Shown here piece after piece: positions 38,320 through 49,364 of a stretch of DNA of 64,000 nt; the first letter of the stretch is position 1, and the number at the start of each line of letters is the position of its first letter. The stretch comes from Octopus sinensis. Its lineage: Eukaryota. The translations under genes were made by a program, and so were the position numbers. Location: assembly GCF_006345805.1 (NCBI RefSeq), contig NC_043001.1, positions 128,960,001 to 129,024,000 of the forward strand, written 5' to 3'. The notes under the pieces were generated by a model. That model searched no databases, was not told the DNA's origin, and saw only the letters and a program-made list of their open reading frames with translations.

Positions 38320-38808
38320 TGCACGTGGCTTAGTGGTTAGGGCAGTGGTTTTCAACCAGGGTTCCGCGGAACCTTAGGGTTCCGCCAGTACAGTCCAGGG
38401 GTTCTGCAAGAAGTTACAAAACAGCTAAAATCGGCAGTAATTTTTAATTCTCCTGTGCAGAATTTTTAATTCTGTGTGCATAAGACTATTAAATTATTGC
38501 ACAGGGGTTCCTCGAGCCAGTGGAATGTTTCCTTGGGGTTCCGCTCCAGCAAAAAGTTTGAAAAGCACTGGGTTAGGGTGTCAGCGTCATGATCGTAAGA
38601 ATGTGGTTTCGATTCCTGGACCGAGTGACGCGTTGTGTTCTTGAGCAAAACATTTCATTTCATGTTGCTCGAGTCCCCTCAGCTGGTAAAAATGAGTAAT
38701 GCTGTGATGGACTGGTGTCCTGTCCAGCTGGGGAACACATACGCCATTGAAACCAGGAAACTGGGCCCTATGAGCCTGGTTAGGCTTTAAAAGGGTGCAT
38801 TTATTTTA
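38320..38808 (+). mobile_element. tRNA-derived SINE family E, interrupted by a hAT MITE
   Basis: A box GTGGCTTAGTGGTTAGGG, B box GGTTTCGATTCC, body and tttatt tail. Confidence 0.8.
38343..38570. mobile_element. hAT-superfamily MITE (228 bp)
   Basis: 8-bp TSD GGTTAGGG (38335-38342 and 38571-38578); TIRs CAGTGGTTTTCAACC / GTTTGAAAAGCACTG (13 of 15 match). Confidence 0.93.
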
Positions 38809-38875
38809 TTACTATGTGATTTGAAGAAAATACATATTGAGAGATGGAGGGAGAGATAGATAGATAGATAGATAG

Positions 38876-38907
<32 letters not shown>

Positions 38908-39099
38908 AAGTCAAAACAAGATTCAGAGAATGCTAAAATTGTCAAATCTGAAATAGCCAAATCACATTGTAGCTACATTAGCTACATGTAAAAGGGAAGG
39001 ACATTGACCATGAGTTGGTCAAGTCATAAGAGTATCAGACAGAATGGTTAGACCACATTACTCTGTAAGGGGCATAGGGCCAGTTTCCCAATTACTCTG

Positions 39100-39135
<36 letters not shown>

Positions 39136-39138
<3 letters not shown>

Positions 39139-39320
39139 ATCCAAACAAGAAAGCACAAAAAATCACAACACGAGGACGTGGAACAAATATAGTATTATTG
39201 GACGCTCAGGAAAGAAGGAAAGAAGGAGGGTTTAACGTTTCGAGCGGAGCTCTTCGTCGGAAACATAGGAGAAGGAAAGATCCAGAGAAGGGAAGACAGA
39301 GGAAAAAAAAAATATATATA
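39136..39320 (-). mobile_element. Short repeat carrying a minimal hammerhead-like motif (probably Penelope-derived)
   Basis: Unique CpG-retaining segment between (TA)n tracts; contains the motif at 39230-39264. Confidence 0.5.
39230..39264 (-). ncRNA. Minimal hammerhead-like motif, U4C variant
   Basis: GTTT-CCGACGA-A-GAGC(TCC)GCTC-GAAAC-GTT/AAAC. 4-bp helix I, 4-bp helix II, palindromic AACGTT helix III; core CCGACGA in place of CUGANGA. Confidence 0.55.
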
Positions 39321-39394
39321 TATTCCTCCCTGGATAGGACAGCAGTCTGTTGCAGGATTACTTATTTCTATTAGCCAAGTGAATTGGATCAACA

Positions 39395-39622
39395 TGAAAT
39401 GAACTGTTTTGCTTAAGAACACAATGCTTCACCCAGTCCAGGAATCGAAACCACAATCTTACGATCATGATGCTGACACCCTAACCACTGGACGGAATGC
39501 CAGTCCATCGCAGTGTTACTCATTTTTGCCAGCTGAGTGGACTGGAGCGATGTGAAATGAACTGTTTTGCTTAAGAACACAATGCTTCACCCAGTCCAGG
39601 AATCGAAACCACAATCTTACGA
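39395..39622 (-). mobile_element. Rearranged family E SINE fragments with a perfect 70-bp duplication
   Basis: 39395-39464 and 39553-39622 are identical (tgaaatgaactg...cacaatcttacga). Confidence 0.8.
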
Positions 39623-39684
39623 ACAGGCGTAGTAGTGGCTGTGTAGGTGTTGGAGTGGGTGTGTTGGCATAGGAGTGGCTGTGC

Positions 39685-40097
39685 AGGTTTAGGAGTGGCT
39701 GTGTGGTAAGTAGCTTGTTTACCAGCCACATGGTTCCAGGTTCAGTCCCACTGCGTGGTACGTTGGGCAAGTGTGTTCTACTATAGCCTTGGACCGACCA
39801 AAGCCTTGTGAGTGGATTTGGTAGATGGAAACTGAAAGAAGCCCGAAGTGTATATGTATATATATATGTATGTGTGTGCATATGTTTGTGTGTCTGTGTC
39901 CCCCCAGCATCACTTGACAACTGATGCTAGTGTGTTTATGTCCCCGTAACTTAGCGGATCGGCGAAAGAGACCGATAGAATAAGTACTAGGCTTACAAAG
40001 AATAAGTCCTGGGGTTGATTTGCTCGACTAAAGGCAGTGCTCCAGCATGGCCACAGTCGCATGACTGAAACAAGTAAAAGAATGAAAAGAGTAAAGA
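39685..40097 (+). mobile_element. SINE family B, full length, with tandem-amplified 5' end
   Basis: Complete family B body; three extra 20-bp head-like units immediately upstream (39625-39684). Confidence 0.9.
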
Positions 40098-40656
40098 GGA
40101 GTCCAACACCCTAACTACTAAGCCAAGCACCACCACCACTATCTGGCAGAATGTCTTGCAGTATTTGCGCTGATCCTTTGCATGCTGAGTCCAAAACTTG
40201 CAAAGTTAACTGTGCTTCTCAACTTCTTGGGCATCCCTAAAAAATACGGGTTCAGAGTGATGAACTGGGGAAACTAAGAATATTGATCCAAATACTTTGT
40301 AGTTTTCATTGGCAATTCTTCGTGTTCTGAGTTCAAATCTCATTGGGGCCCAATTAGGGAACTGACTTTAACCATTGCATGTTTTATCACTACCATCTAA
40401 TACCTTGGAGTCCTTTTGTAGAGTTGCAAGCATTTGGCATAGGTCTCTATTTGAGGATACCACTCTTCCTTTCTCCTACCAATTTCAGAGACCTTGTAAA
40501 AGATTATGGGTACTACCTTCCCTCTTCCCACCTGTTTCTGAGGCTCTGCAAAAGGGTCATGGGCACTACCTTCCCTCTTGACTGAAAGACAGCAAACAAA
40601 TTTGTGGAATTATGTATTCTCAGGCACATCTTAATCATTTTGCATTTAAAGCAGCC

Positions 40657-40820
40657 ATAGGTGCAGGTATGGCTGTGAGGTAAGTAGTTTGCTTCTTAGC
40701 CACATGAGTCTGGGTTCAGTCCCACTGTGTGGCACTTGGGGCAAATGTCTTTTACTATAGCCTTCGACCAAACAAAGCCTTCTATGTGGATCTGGTAGCC
40801 AGAAACTAAAAGAAGCTCTT
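40657..40820 (+). mobile_element. SINE family B 5' half
   Basis: ATAGGTGCAGGTATGGCTGTGAGGTAAG head through agaaactaaaagaagc; truncated. Confidence 0.8.
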
Positions 40821-41560
40821 GCTTGAAATACGGAGTAGAAAAACAGCCGACAGCTGATGAAGGGTTGTTCTTTATGCTGCTTATCTTGTTTTCCATTTGT
40901 TTCTTTTGTTGTTCGCAAAAAAATGTTCATATTCCATGTTTTTGTATTTCGTATTTCATGTTGTTTACATTCTGTGATGTCCTGTGCCCATATATGCATA
41001 TGCATATACATGTATATGTAAGTATGTACATATATATGTATGTATATATGTATATATATATTATTCATATTATATATATATATGTTATTCATATTAATTT
41101 AACAATTAAGGATAACTTCTTAATAAGGAAATTTAACAAGAAATTATCAGGTAGATAGCGTGAAAAACCTCATAAGAGAAAAATTTCGAAAATAATTCTT
41201 TCTTATTGAACATATTAATTTATATATAGAGGGCATTATTATACATACATGCCTCACGCTAAGAGGGACATCAGTCATTTCTACCAAAAATTTTACTAAT
41301 CATACCCAATGCAATTTTTCAAAGCAAGACATTTAAAAAATGAATTTAGTCTTGTATCACCTGTGATTTCGCACTTACCACAGTTGCGACCATGCTCATC
41401 AGCAAGACTGATTCTGAACATATCATAAATAAACGACCAGTACCGTCAAAGTCGAACAGCCATCTGCTCTATTCCAACGAAGCACATGGAGAAGTTTACA
41501 TATCATACATCCGGTAAATGGCGGGCTTCTTCGAATTATATATGATGAGCTACGATGTGA
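40821..41560. mobile_element. Penelope-like element remnant (non-coding terminal region)
   Basis: CpG-retaining unique segments with a ctgatgaagg motif and a full hammerhead at 41348-41409. No ORF recognised, so the class is inferred. Confidence 0.4.
41348..41409 (-). ncRNA. Type I hammerhead ribozyme with intact core
   Basis: AGTCTTG-CTGATGA-GCAT(GGTCGCAACTGTGGTAA)GTGC-GAAA-TCA(CAGG)TGA-T-A/CAAGACT. Perfect 7-bp helix I, 4-bp helix II, 4-bp helix III, AUA triplet; predicted cut between 41355 and 41354. Confidence 0.85.
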
Positions 41561-42029
41561 TATATATATTTCTATATGGAGGCAATTATGTGGACAAACA
41601 AATTAGATATATTACATATAACAGTTTAGGTATGAGATACAAAAGATGTATGTATGTGTACATGCAAAACAAGAGAAAGCAAAAAATGGAGACTTTCAGA
41701 TGACGAATATTTAAGTATAAATATAGAGATATTTATTTTAATAGATCCAACTTATACAAACGACAGAGAGAATTGAAGGGGAGGAAGTAAGATGTCTAAG
41801 TTTGAATCGTTTGAGCAATACTAAGTGTCTTCTATATTGAGAATCTCTGGAACTCATCTGTGGACTATGTGTGTGTATGTGTGTGTGTTTGCATTTGTGC
41901 TCATCCCACCCCTCCCAACACTTGACAACCAGTGTTGGTTTCTTATGACCTTGTAACTTAGCAGTTCAGCATAAGAGACTGGCAGAATAAGTACCAAGCT
42001 TAATAAAAAATAAATACTGGGGTTGATTT

Positions 42030-42349
42030 ACATTATTTACATTATTTACAATTGACAGATATTTGTCCCCTTCTTGTTTGTTGTTAACACAATGTTTCGG
42101 CTGATATACCCTCCAGCCTTCATCAGGTGTCTTGGGGAAATTTCGAACCTGGGTTCTCATTCCTTAGGTATTTATTATTATTATTATTATTATTATATTA
42201 TTATTATTATTATTATTATCATTATTATTATCATTATTCTGGTCACTGCCTGGAATTGAACTCGGAATCTGGTTAACAACAAACAAGATGAGGACAAATA
42301 TCTGTCAATTGTAAATAATGTACATAATTCCTCATCTCTTAAATATAGA
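42030..42349 (-). mobile_element. Hammerhead-bearing non-autonomous element with inverted 5' duplication, inserted in a SINE
   Basis: 14-bp flanking duplication ACTGGGGTTGATTT (42016-42029 and 42350-42363). Body: B-box-like GAGTTCAATTCC, (AAT)n, hammerhead, tail. 42271-42353 is an inverted copy of the tail. Confidence 0.8.
42086..42131 (-). ncRNA. Minimal type I hammerhead-like motif
   Basis: GACAC-CTGATGA-A-GGCTG(GAGGGTATAT)CAGCC-GAAAC-ATT/GTGTT. Helices I and II intact; G16.2 appears changed to A, consistent with CpG decay. Confidence 0.7.
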
Positions 42350-42531
42350 ACTGGGGTTGATTTGTTTGACTAAATTCTTCAAGAGGCAGTGCTCCAACAT
42401 GGACGTAGTTCAATGACTGAAACAGGTAAAAGGTAAAAGGCCTTATGATCATGAGTTGAGTACTCTAACCACTAAGCCATGTGCCTCCATATGTGTGTAT
42501 GTATGTGTGTGTGTGTGTACATATATATATA

Positions 42532-42757
42532 TTTCTTTATTACCCACAGGGGGCTAAACATAGAGGGGACAAACAAGGTCAGAGAAAAGAATTAAGTCGA
42601 TTACATTGACCCCAGTGCGTAACTGGTACTTATTTAATCGACCCTGAAAGGATGAAAGGCAAAGTCAACCTCGGCAGAATTTGAACACAGAATGTAACGA
42701 CAGGTGAAATACCACTAAGCATTTTGTCTGATGTGCTAACGATTCTGCCAGCTTTCA
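42532..42757 (-). mobile_element. SINE family A
   Basis: Reverse complement of the family A body from head remnant to gtaataaagaaat tail. Confidence 0.85.
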
Positions 42758-42769
42758 GACATATATCAT

Positions 42770-43000
42770 CATCATCCTCATCATAGTTTAACGTCCGTTT
42801 TTCATACTGGTATGGGTTGGACAGTTTGACTGAGGACTGGTAAGCCAGGAGGCTGCACCAGGCTCCAATCTGATCTGGCAAGGTTTCTACAGCTGGATGC
42901 CCTTCCTACCACCAACCACTCTGAGAGTGTAGTGGGTGCTTTTATGTTCCACCAGCATAGGAACCAGCCAGTTTGGATGGTGCTTTTTACATGCCACCAG
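42770..43000 (-). mobile_element. SINE family C
   Basis: (CAT)n tail, aacgtccgtt...ctggatgcccttcctac..ccaaccactc block. Confidence 0.85.
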
Positions 43001-44225
43001 CATGGAGAGCCAATAATCTCCTGCTAAGTTTTACTTCATTTTATTTCTTTTCTTCTAGCCCATTGCCACATTTCATCCACTACTTAGTAAATGATCTTAT
43101 ATAGTCGCAGGAGTGGCTGTGTAGCTTGCTTACCAACCACATGGGTCTAGGTTTAGTCCCACTGCATGGCACCTTGGACAAGTGTCTTCTACTATAGCCT
43201 TGGGCAAACATTTTTGAACATGAACTGTTGGTGCAGCTGTGATGTTCTGGTCATCTGGTGAGCTAGCTTTTTTTTATTTGCATTATATATATATATATAT
43301 ATATATGTTAAAGTAGTGTGGAAAGGCAAACAATTAGGCAAGACTTGACAAGGACATTTAATTTAATTTAATTTAATTTAGCTACATAATGGATGGTAAA
43401 AAAAATGTTTTAACCATCTGTTTCTGGGATATCCCAGCTGTTGGAACATCATATTGAGCAAAGACTCGAGTCATCCTGATGAAAACTTCTCCTTCCTTCA
43501 CACACACATACGCACACACACTGACACACACACACACACACACAAACAATTACAAAGAATACCGAGATTAGTACATTCTTCTATTCTTTTATTTGTGTCA
43601 GTCATTTGACTGCAGCCATGCTGGAGCACCCCTGCATATTTCTTTATTATTACAGTCAGTTATACAGCATATTTGATTTAAATGTGTCCGATGCACATTT
43701 CTGCCTCATACATATCTTGCAATTATATTTGTATCCAGTTACTATCGCCTGGTAATAAATCCATACAGCTTTACTTGCTTCAGACCACGTCAGTGGGGGG
43801 GGACCTTGAATAAAGCTGCATAGACTTTATCAGTCGAAAGTAAATGGATGCAAATGCAATTGTGAGATGTCTATGCAGCAGAAATGTACGTTGGACACAT
43901 TTCAGTCAAATATGCTGTACGATGGACTGTAAAGATATAACATGTGCCAATGTATTAATCTCCATATTCACTGTAGTTGTCTTGGATATATACTCAGTAA
44001 AATGTTTATAATCCAGAGCAGCAAATCCAGGATTTATCCATTGGATGAGATACATTGGGATTGCTTACCTTAAGTAATCCTAGGCGCTCCTTTCAACTAA
44101 ATGTGGTTAGCCATAACATAGATTATAGCTTGAGATAAAGTACCTGAGTGGATTATAGATTGGGATAAAGTATCTGAGTGGGTACCATATGAGCACTCAG
44201 TTATAATCCAGTTATAATCCAATTG

Positions 44226-44395
44226 CAAAGATAATCTGGAACTCGACTGAGGATAGAAAACTCTGAATGATCCATCCTTGTTTTCCTTGTATCGTCTGTC
44301 TGGATGTTTTGTTGTCCCCCTTTTTGTATCACCTGTCTAGATGTTTTGCTTTCTTGTCCCATTTTTATATTTTTTTATATAAAAAATATAGCAGT
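44226..44395. repeat. Unclassified dispersed repeat (second copy at 45178-45320)
   Basis: caaagataatctggaact.gactgaggatagaaaactc...atccttgttttccttgt...gttgtccccctttttgtatcacc occurs twice, ~950 bp apart. Confidence 0.75.
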
Positions 44396-44432
44396 GCACG
44401 TACACTTTGGTCTCTTGTATGTAAGTATATAT

Positions 44433-44446
<14 letters not shown>

Positions 44447-44463
<17 letters not shown>

Positions 44464-44622
44464 GTTAGCGTCCGCTTTCCATGCTAGCATGGGTTGGACG
44501 GTTCAACTGGGGTCTGGGAAGCCAGAAGGCTGCATCACGCCCAGTCTGATCTGGTAGAGTTTCTACAGCTGGATGCCCTTTCTAATGTCAACCACTCCAT
44601 GAGTGTAGTGGGTGCTTTTTAC
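44447..44622 (-). mobile_element. SINE family C, 3' part
   Basis: (CAT)n tail and body nearly identical to the reverse complement of 60175-60342. Confidence 0.88.
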
Positions 44623-45339
44623 GAAATTTTCTATGACTCTATAATTCTTTGTGTTCTTTCATTCTTTCCTTCTTTCTATCAGCCCTTTCACTCTTTGTTC
44701 TTTCGTTCCTCCTCTCTCACATTTCCTGGCCTTCTCTTCATGCTCCCTTTCCTTCCTCTTTCACTTCACTGTGTCTCTTTCATTTTTTTCTTGACCCTCC
44801 TTAATTCTTCTATCCCTCTGCCTCCACCTCTCTCTCTTCTCTCCCCACATGACCGGTGTTCAGCCAGGCCTGACCTTTCTTTCTTGGTTTGACGATCAAC
44901 TGTGCAACATCTATATTCCTCCCTGTACCAGTTAAATCTTATGTCCCTGCTGTAAGGCTTTACTTCCACACACGCCAGCTTAACTTAATTCGTCCTTAGT
45001 CGAAAGACACCTGTTGTTAGTCCTGTTAAATGCCTTTGTATTTGTGAAACATTTCTCTGTTTTTTTCCATCCTTATTTTCATATACATTTGCTGCTTTCT
45101 TCCAAGGAATTTAATGCTCTTAGCTTATTTTTTACTTGGGGTTGGCCAGATTGGAGCAATCTCGACTATAACTAGCTGAAATTACAAAGATAATCTGGAA
45201 CTGGACTGAGGATAGAAAACTCCAAATGACCCATCCTTGTTTTCCTTGTCTGAATGTTTTGTTGTCCCCCTTTTTTGTATCACCTGCTGAATGTTTTGTG
45301 TTCTTGTCCCATTTTTGTATTATATATATATATATATAT

Positions 45340-45386
<47 letters not shown>

Positions 45387-45682
45387 TATATATACACACA
45401 CACACACGCACAAACATTTATATACATGTGTCACATACCACACACCAAACATATATGTTACACAACACACTCCTCCCACTGCCCCTTCTACCCCACCAAA
45501 AAGACCTTCTGTACACCATTTAACTAGGTACCCACATAAGAACAGGACAAAAAGAACTGAAGGAAAAGAGGGCTGCATCAGCATTTGCCTTGTACACATT
45601 TTCAGCTGAGTGAACCAATGCAATGGGAAATGAACGAAGAACCTTGCTCAAGAACACATAAACTATATGATCATATATGATG

Positions 45683-45913
45683 AAGGCGGCGAGCTGGCAG
45701 AAACGTTAGTGCGCCGGGCGAAATGCGTTGCCGTATTTCGTCTGCCGTTATGTTCCAAGTTCAAATTCCGCCGAGGTCGACTTTGCCCTTCATCCTTCTG
45801 GGGTCGATAAATTAAGTACCAGTTACGCACTGGAGTCGATGTAATCGACTTAATCCGTTTGTCTGTCTTTGTTTGTCTCCTCTGTGTTTAGCCCCTTGTG
45901 GGTAGTAAAGAAA
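45683..45913 (+). mobile_element. SINE family A, full length (seed of tandem array)
   Basis: AAGGCGGCGAGCTGGCAGAAACGTTAG head, AAGTTCAAATTCC B box, gtagtaaagaaat tail; candidate TSD TATATGATCATA at 45664-45675 and 47075-47086. Confidence 0.93.
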
Positions 45914-47086
45914 TATATATGATTATACGGGGTTGATAAATTAAGTACCAGTTACGCACTGGGGTCGATGTAATCGACTTAATCCGTTTGTCTGTCCTTG
46001 TTTGTCTCTTCTGTGTTTAGCCCCTTGTGGGTAGTAAAGAAATATATATGATTATACGGGGTTGATAAATTAAGTACCAGTTACGCACTGGGGTCGATGT
46101 AATCGACTTAATCCGTTTGTCTGTCCTTGTTTGTCTCTTCTGTGTTTAGCCCCTTGTGGGTAGTAAAGAAATATATATGATTATACGGGGTTGATAAATT
46201 AAGTACCAGTTACGCACTGGGGTCGATGTAATCGACTTAATCCGTTTGTCTGTCCTTGTTTGTCTCCTCTGTGTTTAGCCCCTTGTGGGTAGTAAAGAAA
46301 TATATATGATTATACGGGGTTGATAAATTAAGTACCAGTTACGCACTGGGGTCGATGTAATCGACTTAATCCGTTTGTCTGTCCTTGTTTGTCTCCTCTG
46401 TGTTTAGCCCCTTGTGGGTAGTAAAGAAATATATATGATTATACGGGGTTGATAAATTAAGTACCAGTTACGCACTGGAGTCGATGTAATCGACTTAATC
46501 CGTTTGTCTGTCCTTGTTTGTCTCTTCTGTGTTTAGCCCCTTGTGGGTAGTAAAGAATATATATGATTATACGGGGTTGATAAATTAAGTACCAGTTACG
46601 CACTGGGGTCGATGTAATCGACTTAATCCGTCTGTCTGTCCTTGTTTTTGTCTCCTCTGTGTTTAGCCCCTTGTGGGTAGTAAAATATATATGATTATAC
46701 GGGGTTGATAAATTAAGTACCAGTTACGCACTGGGGTCGATGTAATCGACTTAATCCGTTTGTCTGTCCTTGTTTGTCTCCTCTGTGTTTAGCCCCTTGT
46801 GGGTAGTAAAGAAATATATATGATTATACGGGGTTGATAAATTAAGTACCAGTTACGCACTGGGGTCGATGTAATCGACTTAATCCGTTTGTCTGTCTTT
46901 GTTTGTCTCCTCTGTGTTTAGCCCCTTGTGGATAGTAAAGAAATATATATGATTATACGGGGTTGATAAATTAAGTACCAGTTACGCACTGGGGTCGATG
47001 TAATCGACTTAATCCGTTTGTCTGTCCTTGTTTGTCTCCTCTGTGTTTAGCCCCTTGTGGGTAGTAAAGAAATATATATGATCATA
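45914..47086 (+). repeat. SINE-derived tandem array, 9 x 128-129 bp
   Basis: Marker gattatacgggg at 45921, 46050, 46179, 46308, 46437, 46565, 46693, 46822 and 46951. Each unit is flank sequence plus the 3' half of SINE A. Confidence 0.97.
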
Positions 47087-47761
47087 AGGTCAGAGCCCTG
47101 ACCACTAGACTGTGCACCAGCCAAATACTGGGGTTGATAAAAGTTACTCTTTCCCCTCTCATCTACAAAAAACTTTACTGGCCTTTTGCCTATGTTATGA
47201 ACAATTACTCCGCAGTTATTGTTGTTGTTTCACTTATCATCACTATCTTCAGTGTTATATTAATATAATCACTGTTCTCGTTATCATTGTATATTTGATG
47301 CTGACTCTGATGTTGTTGTTTACTGTTATTGTTGTTGTTGTTGTTGTTGTTATTTCTGCTTCCCCAAATTCCAAAAATGATACTCCCCATGTAGTCAGAA
47401 ATTCTGACACAATTGGCTATTGAATTAAGTGGTATAAACCTTTATGACCTCAAGTTGTTTTAATTGGAGCTCTTTAATATCAAAGGAAAGAAAGTAAATT
47501 ATATAATGAGCTTAATTTATTTCACTCCTTTCATACTGGCAAATAAATGGCTGAAAAGAATAGGTAGACAAACAAACTCACATACACACAGACTGGAACA
47601 CACACACACATAGACATGCATATACGCAGTCCTTTCAATTAGTAGATCTATGTGTATGGACGCATGTGTGTAAGGGAAATATATTTGAATATATGTATGT
47701 ATGTACACACGGACGCACACACAAACACACACTTATATATACATATACATGTGTGGTACAC

Positions 47762-47799
<38 letters not shown>

Positions 47800-47870
47800 G
47801 TGTATGATATGAAAGACTGACAACCACCTTAATCACAGTTAAGTGTGTGAGTTTATATATATATGTATAC

Positions 47871-47947
<77 letters not shown>

Positions 47948-48305
47948 GCTATAATATCTATAAATATTTATTAAAATATAGTAAAATGTATCAACATGAA
48001 TGAATAATAAACAAACAATTCACGACGTGCATTTCTGTATGCATGCCCACTTCTGTGTGTTTGGTGTGTGTGTGTGTGCACAGGTGTATGTACACACACA
48101 TATGTGTATGTGTATATATATATGTATATATATATATATATGTATATATATATCTATGTGTGTATATATATCTGTATATATATATACACACACATATAAT
48201 ATATTATATATACACATATATATATATATTATATATACATACATATATATATATTATATATACATACATATATATATATATTATATATCATATATATATA
48301 TTATA

Positions 48306-48344
<39 letters not shown>

Positions 48345-49072
48345 TATTTACAAACAAGGACATACGCACAAAGGACAACATACAAATTTATATATTTAAG
48401 AAAAAATAGTAAAAAAAAATAACGATTATAATAACAATGACAACAACAACAACAACAACAACAACAATAATAATAATAACTGCTGAAAAATTGATGGAAA
48501 ATAAATAAAAATCAAAATAAATGAATATAAAAGACATTCATTAATATGAAAATGAAATAAAAATAATAGTCTTAATGGGTTTCTAGGAGTGTATCTGTTA
48601 AAGTATTAAAGTGAAGTCAATGGATGGAGTGAATATAAGGCAATGCATGAATAGATAAAATGCCAGGGAGGGTTTCACAGGGCAGTAAAGTGTTGGAGAG
48701 GAAGGAGACAGGAGAAGAGTAGTGTGGAGAGGTTGGGTCGGGCTGGAGTGAGTGGTGACATTAGAAATATATATTCATATTTGAAGTCAAGCGTATGTAT
48801 GTATGTATGTGTATGTATGTATATATGTATCTATGCATGTACATACGTACATGTACACATGCACACAAACACACATTCACAAATACATGCAAACCCATAT
48901 ACATACACACACACATACACAAACACACACACACACACACTGCACACACACACACACACACACAACAGGCTTGCACTCGCACTGTTTTGGTCTGCCCAGG
49001 AATCCAGAAATACTTGCCCAAGTGTGTGTGTGTGTGTGTGTATACATATATGTATATGTATGTATGTAGGTA

Positions 49073-49124
<52 letters not shown>

Positions 49125-49134
49125 TATATTCTTT

Positions 49135-49335
49135 TATTATTTTATTTGCTTCAGTCATGTGACTGTGGCCATGCTGGAGCACCAATTTTAGTCGAACAAA
49201 TCATCCCACCCCCAGGACTTATTCTTTGTAAGCCTAGTACTTATTCTATCAGTCTCTTTTGCTGAACTGCTACGTTATGGGACTGAACCTGAAGCCATGT
49301 GGTTGGGAAGCAAACTTCTTATTCATACAACCATA
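49135..49335 (-). mobile_element. Internally deleted SINE family B
   Basis: 3' block (cagtcat.tgactgtggccatgctggagcacc...) joined directly to a head fragment (gggactgaacc...ccatgtggttgggaagc). Confidence 0.75.
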
Positions 49336-49364
49336 ACTGCATCTATCAAATTTATATAAAAGGT

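Noticed and set aside
44043-44100. Strong AAG|GTAAGC donor on the minus strand
   Set aside because: The nearest acceptors give short segments with stops or no pyrimidine tract.
45914-47086. CRISPR-like regularly spaced repeats
   Set aside because: Units are near-identical over their whole length with no unique spacers, derive from a SINE, and the context is eukaryotic with no cas genes.
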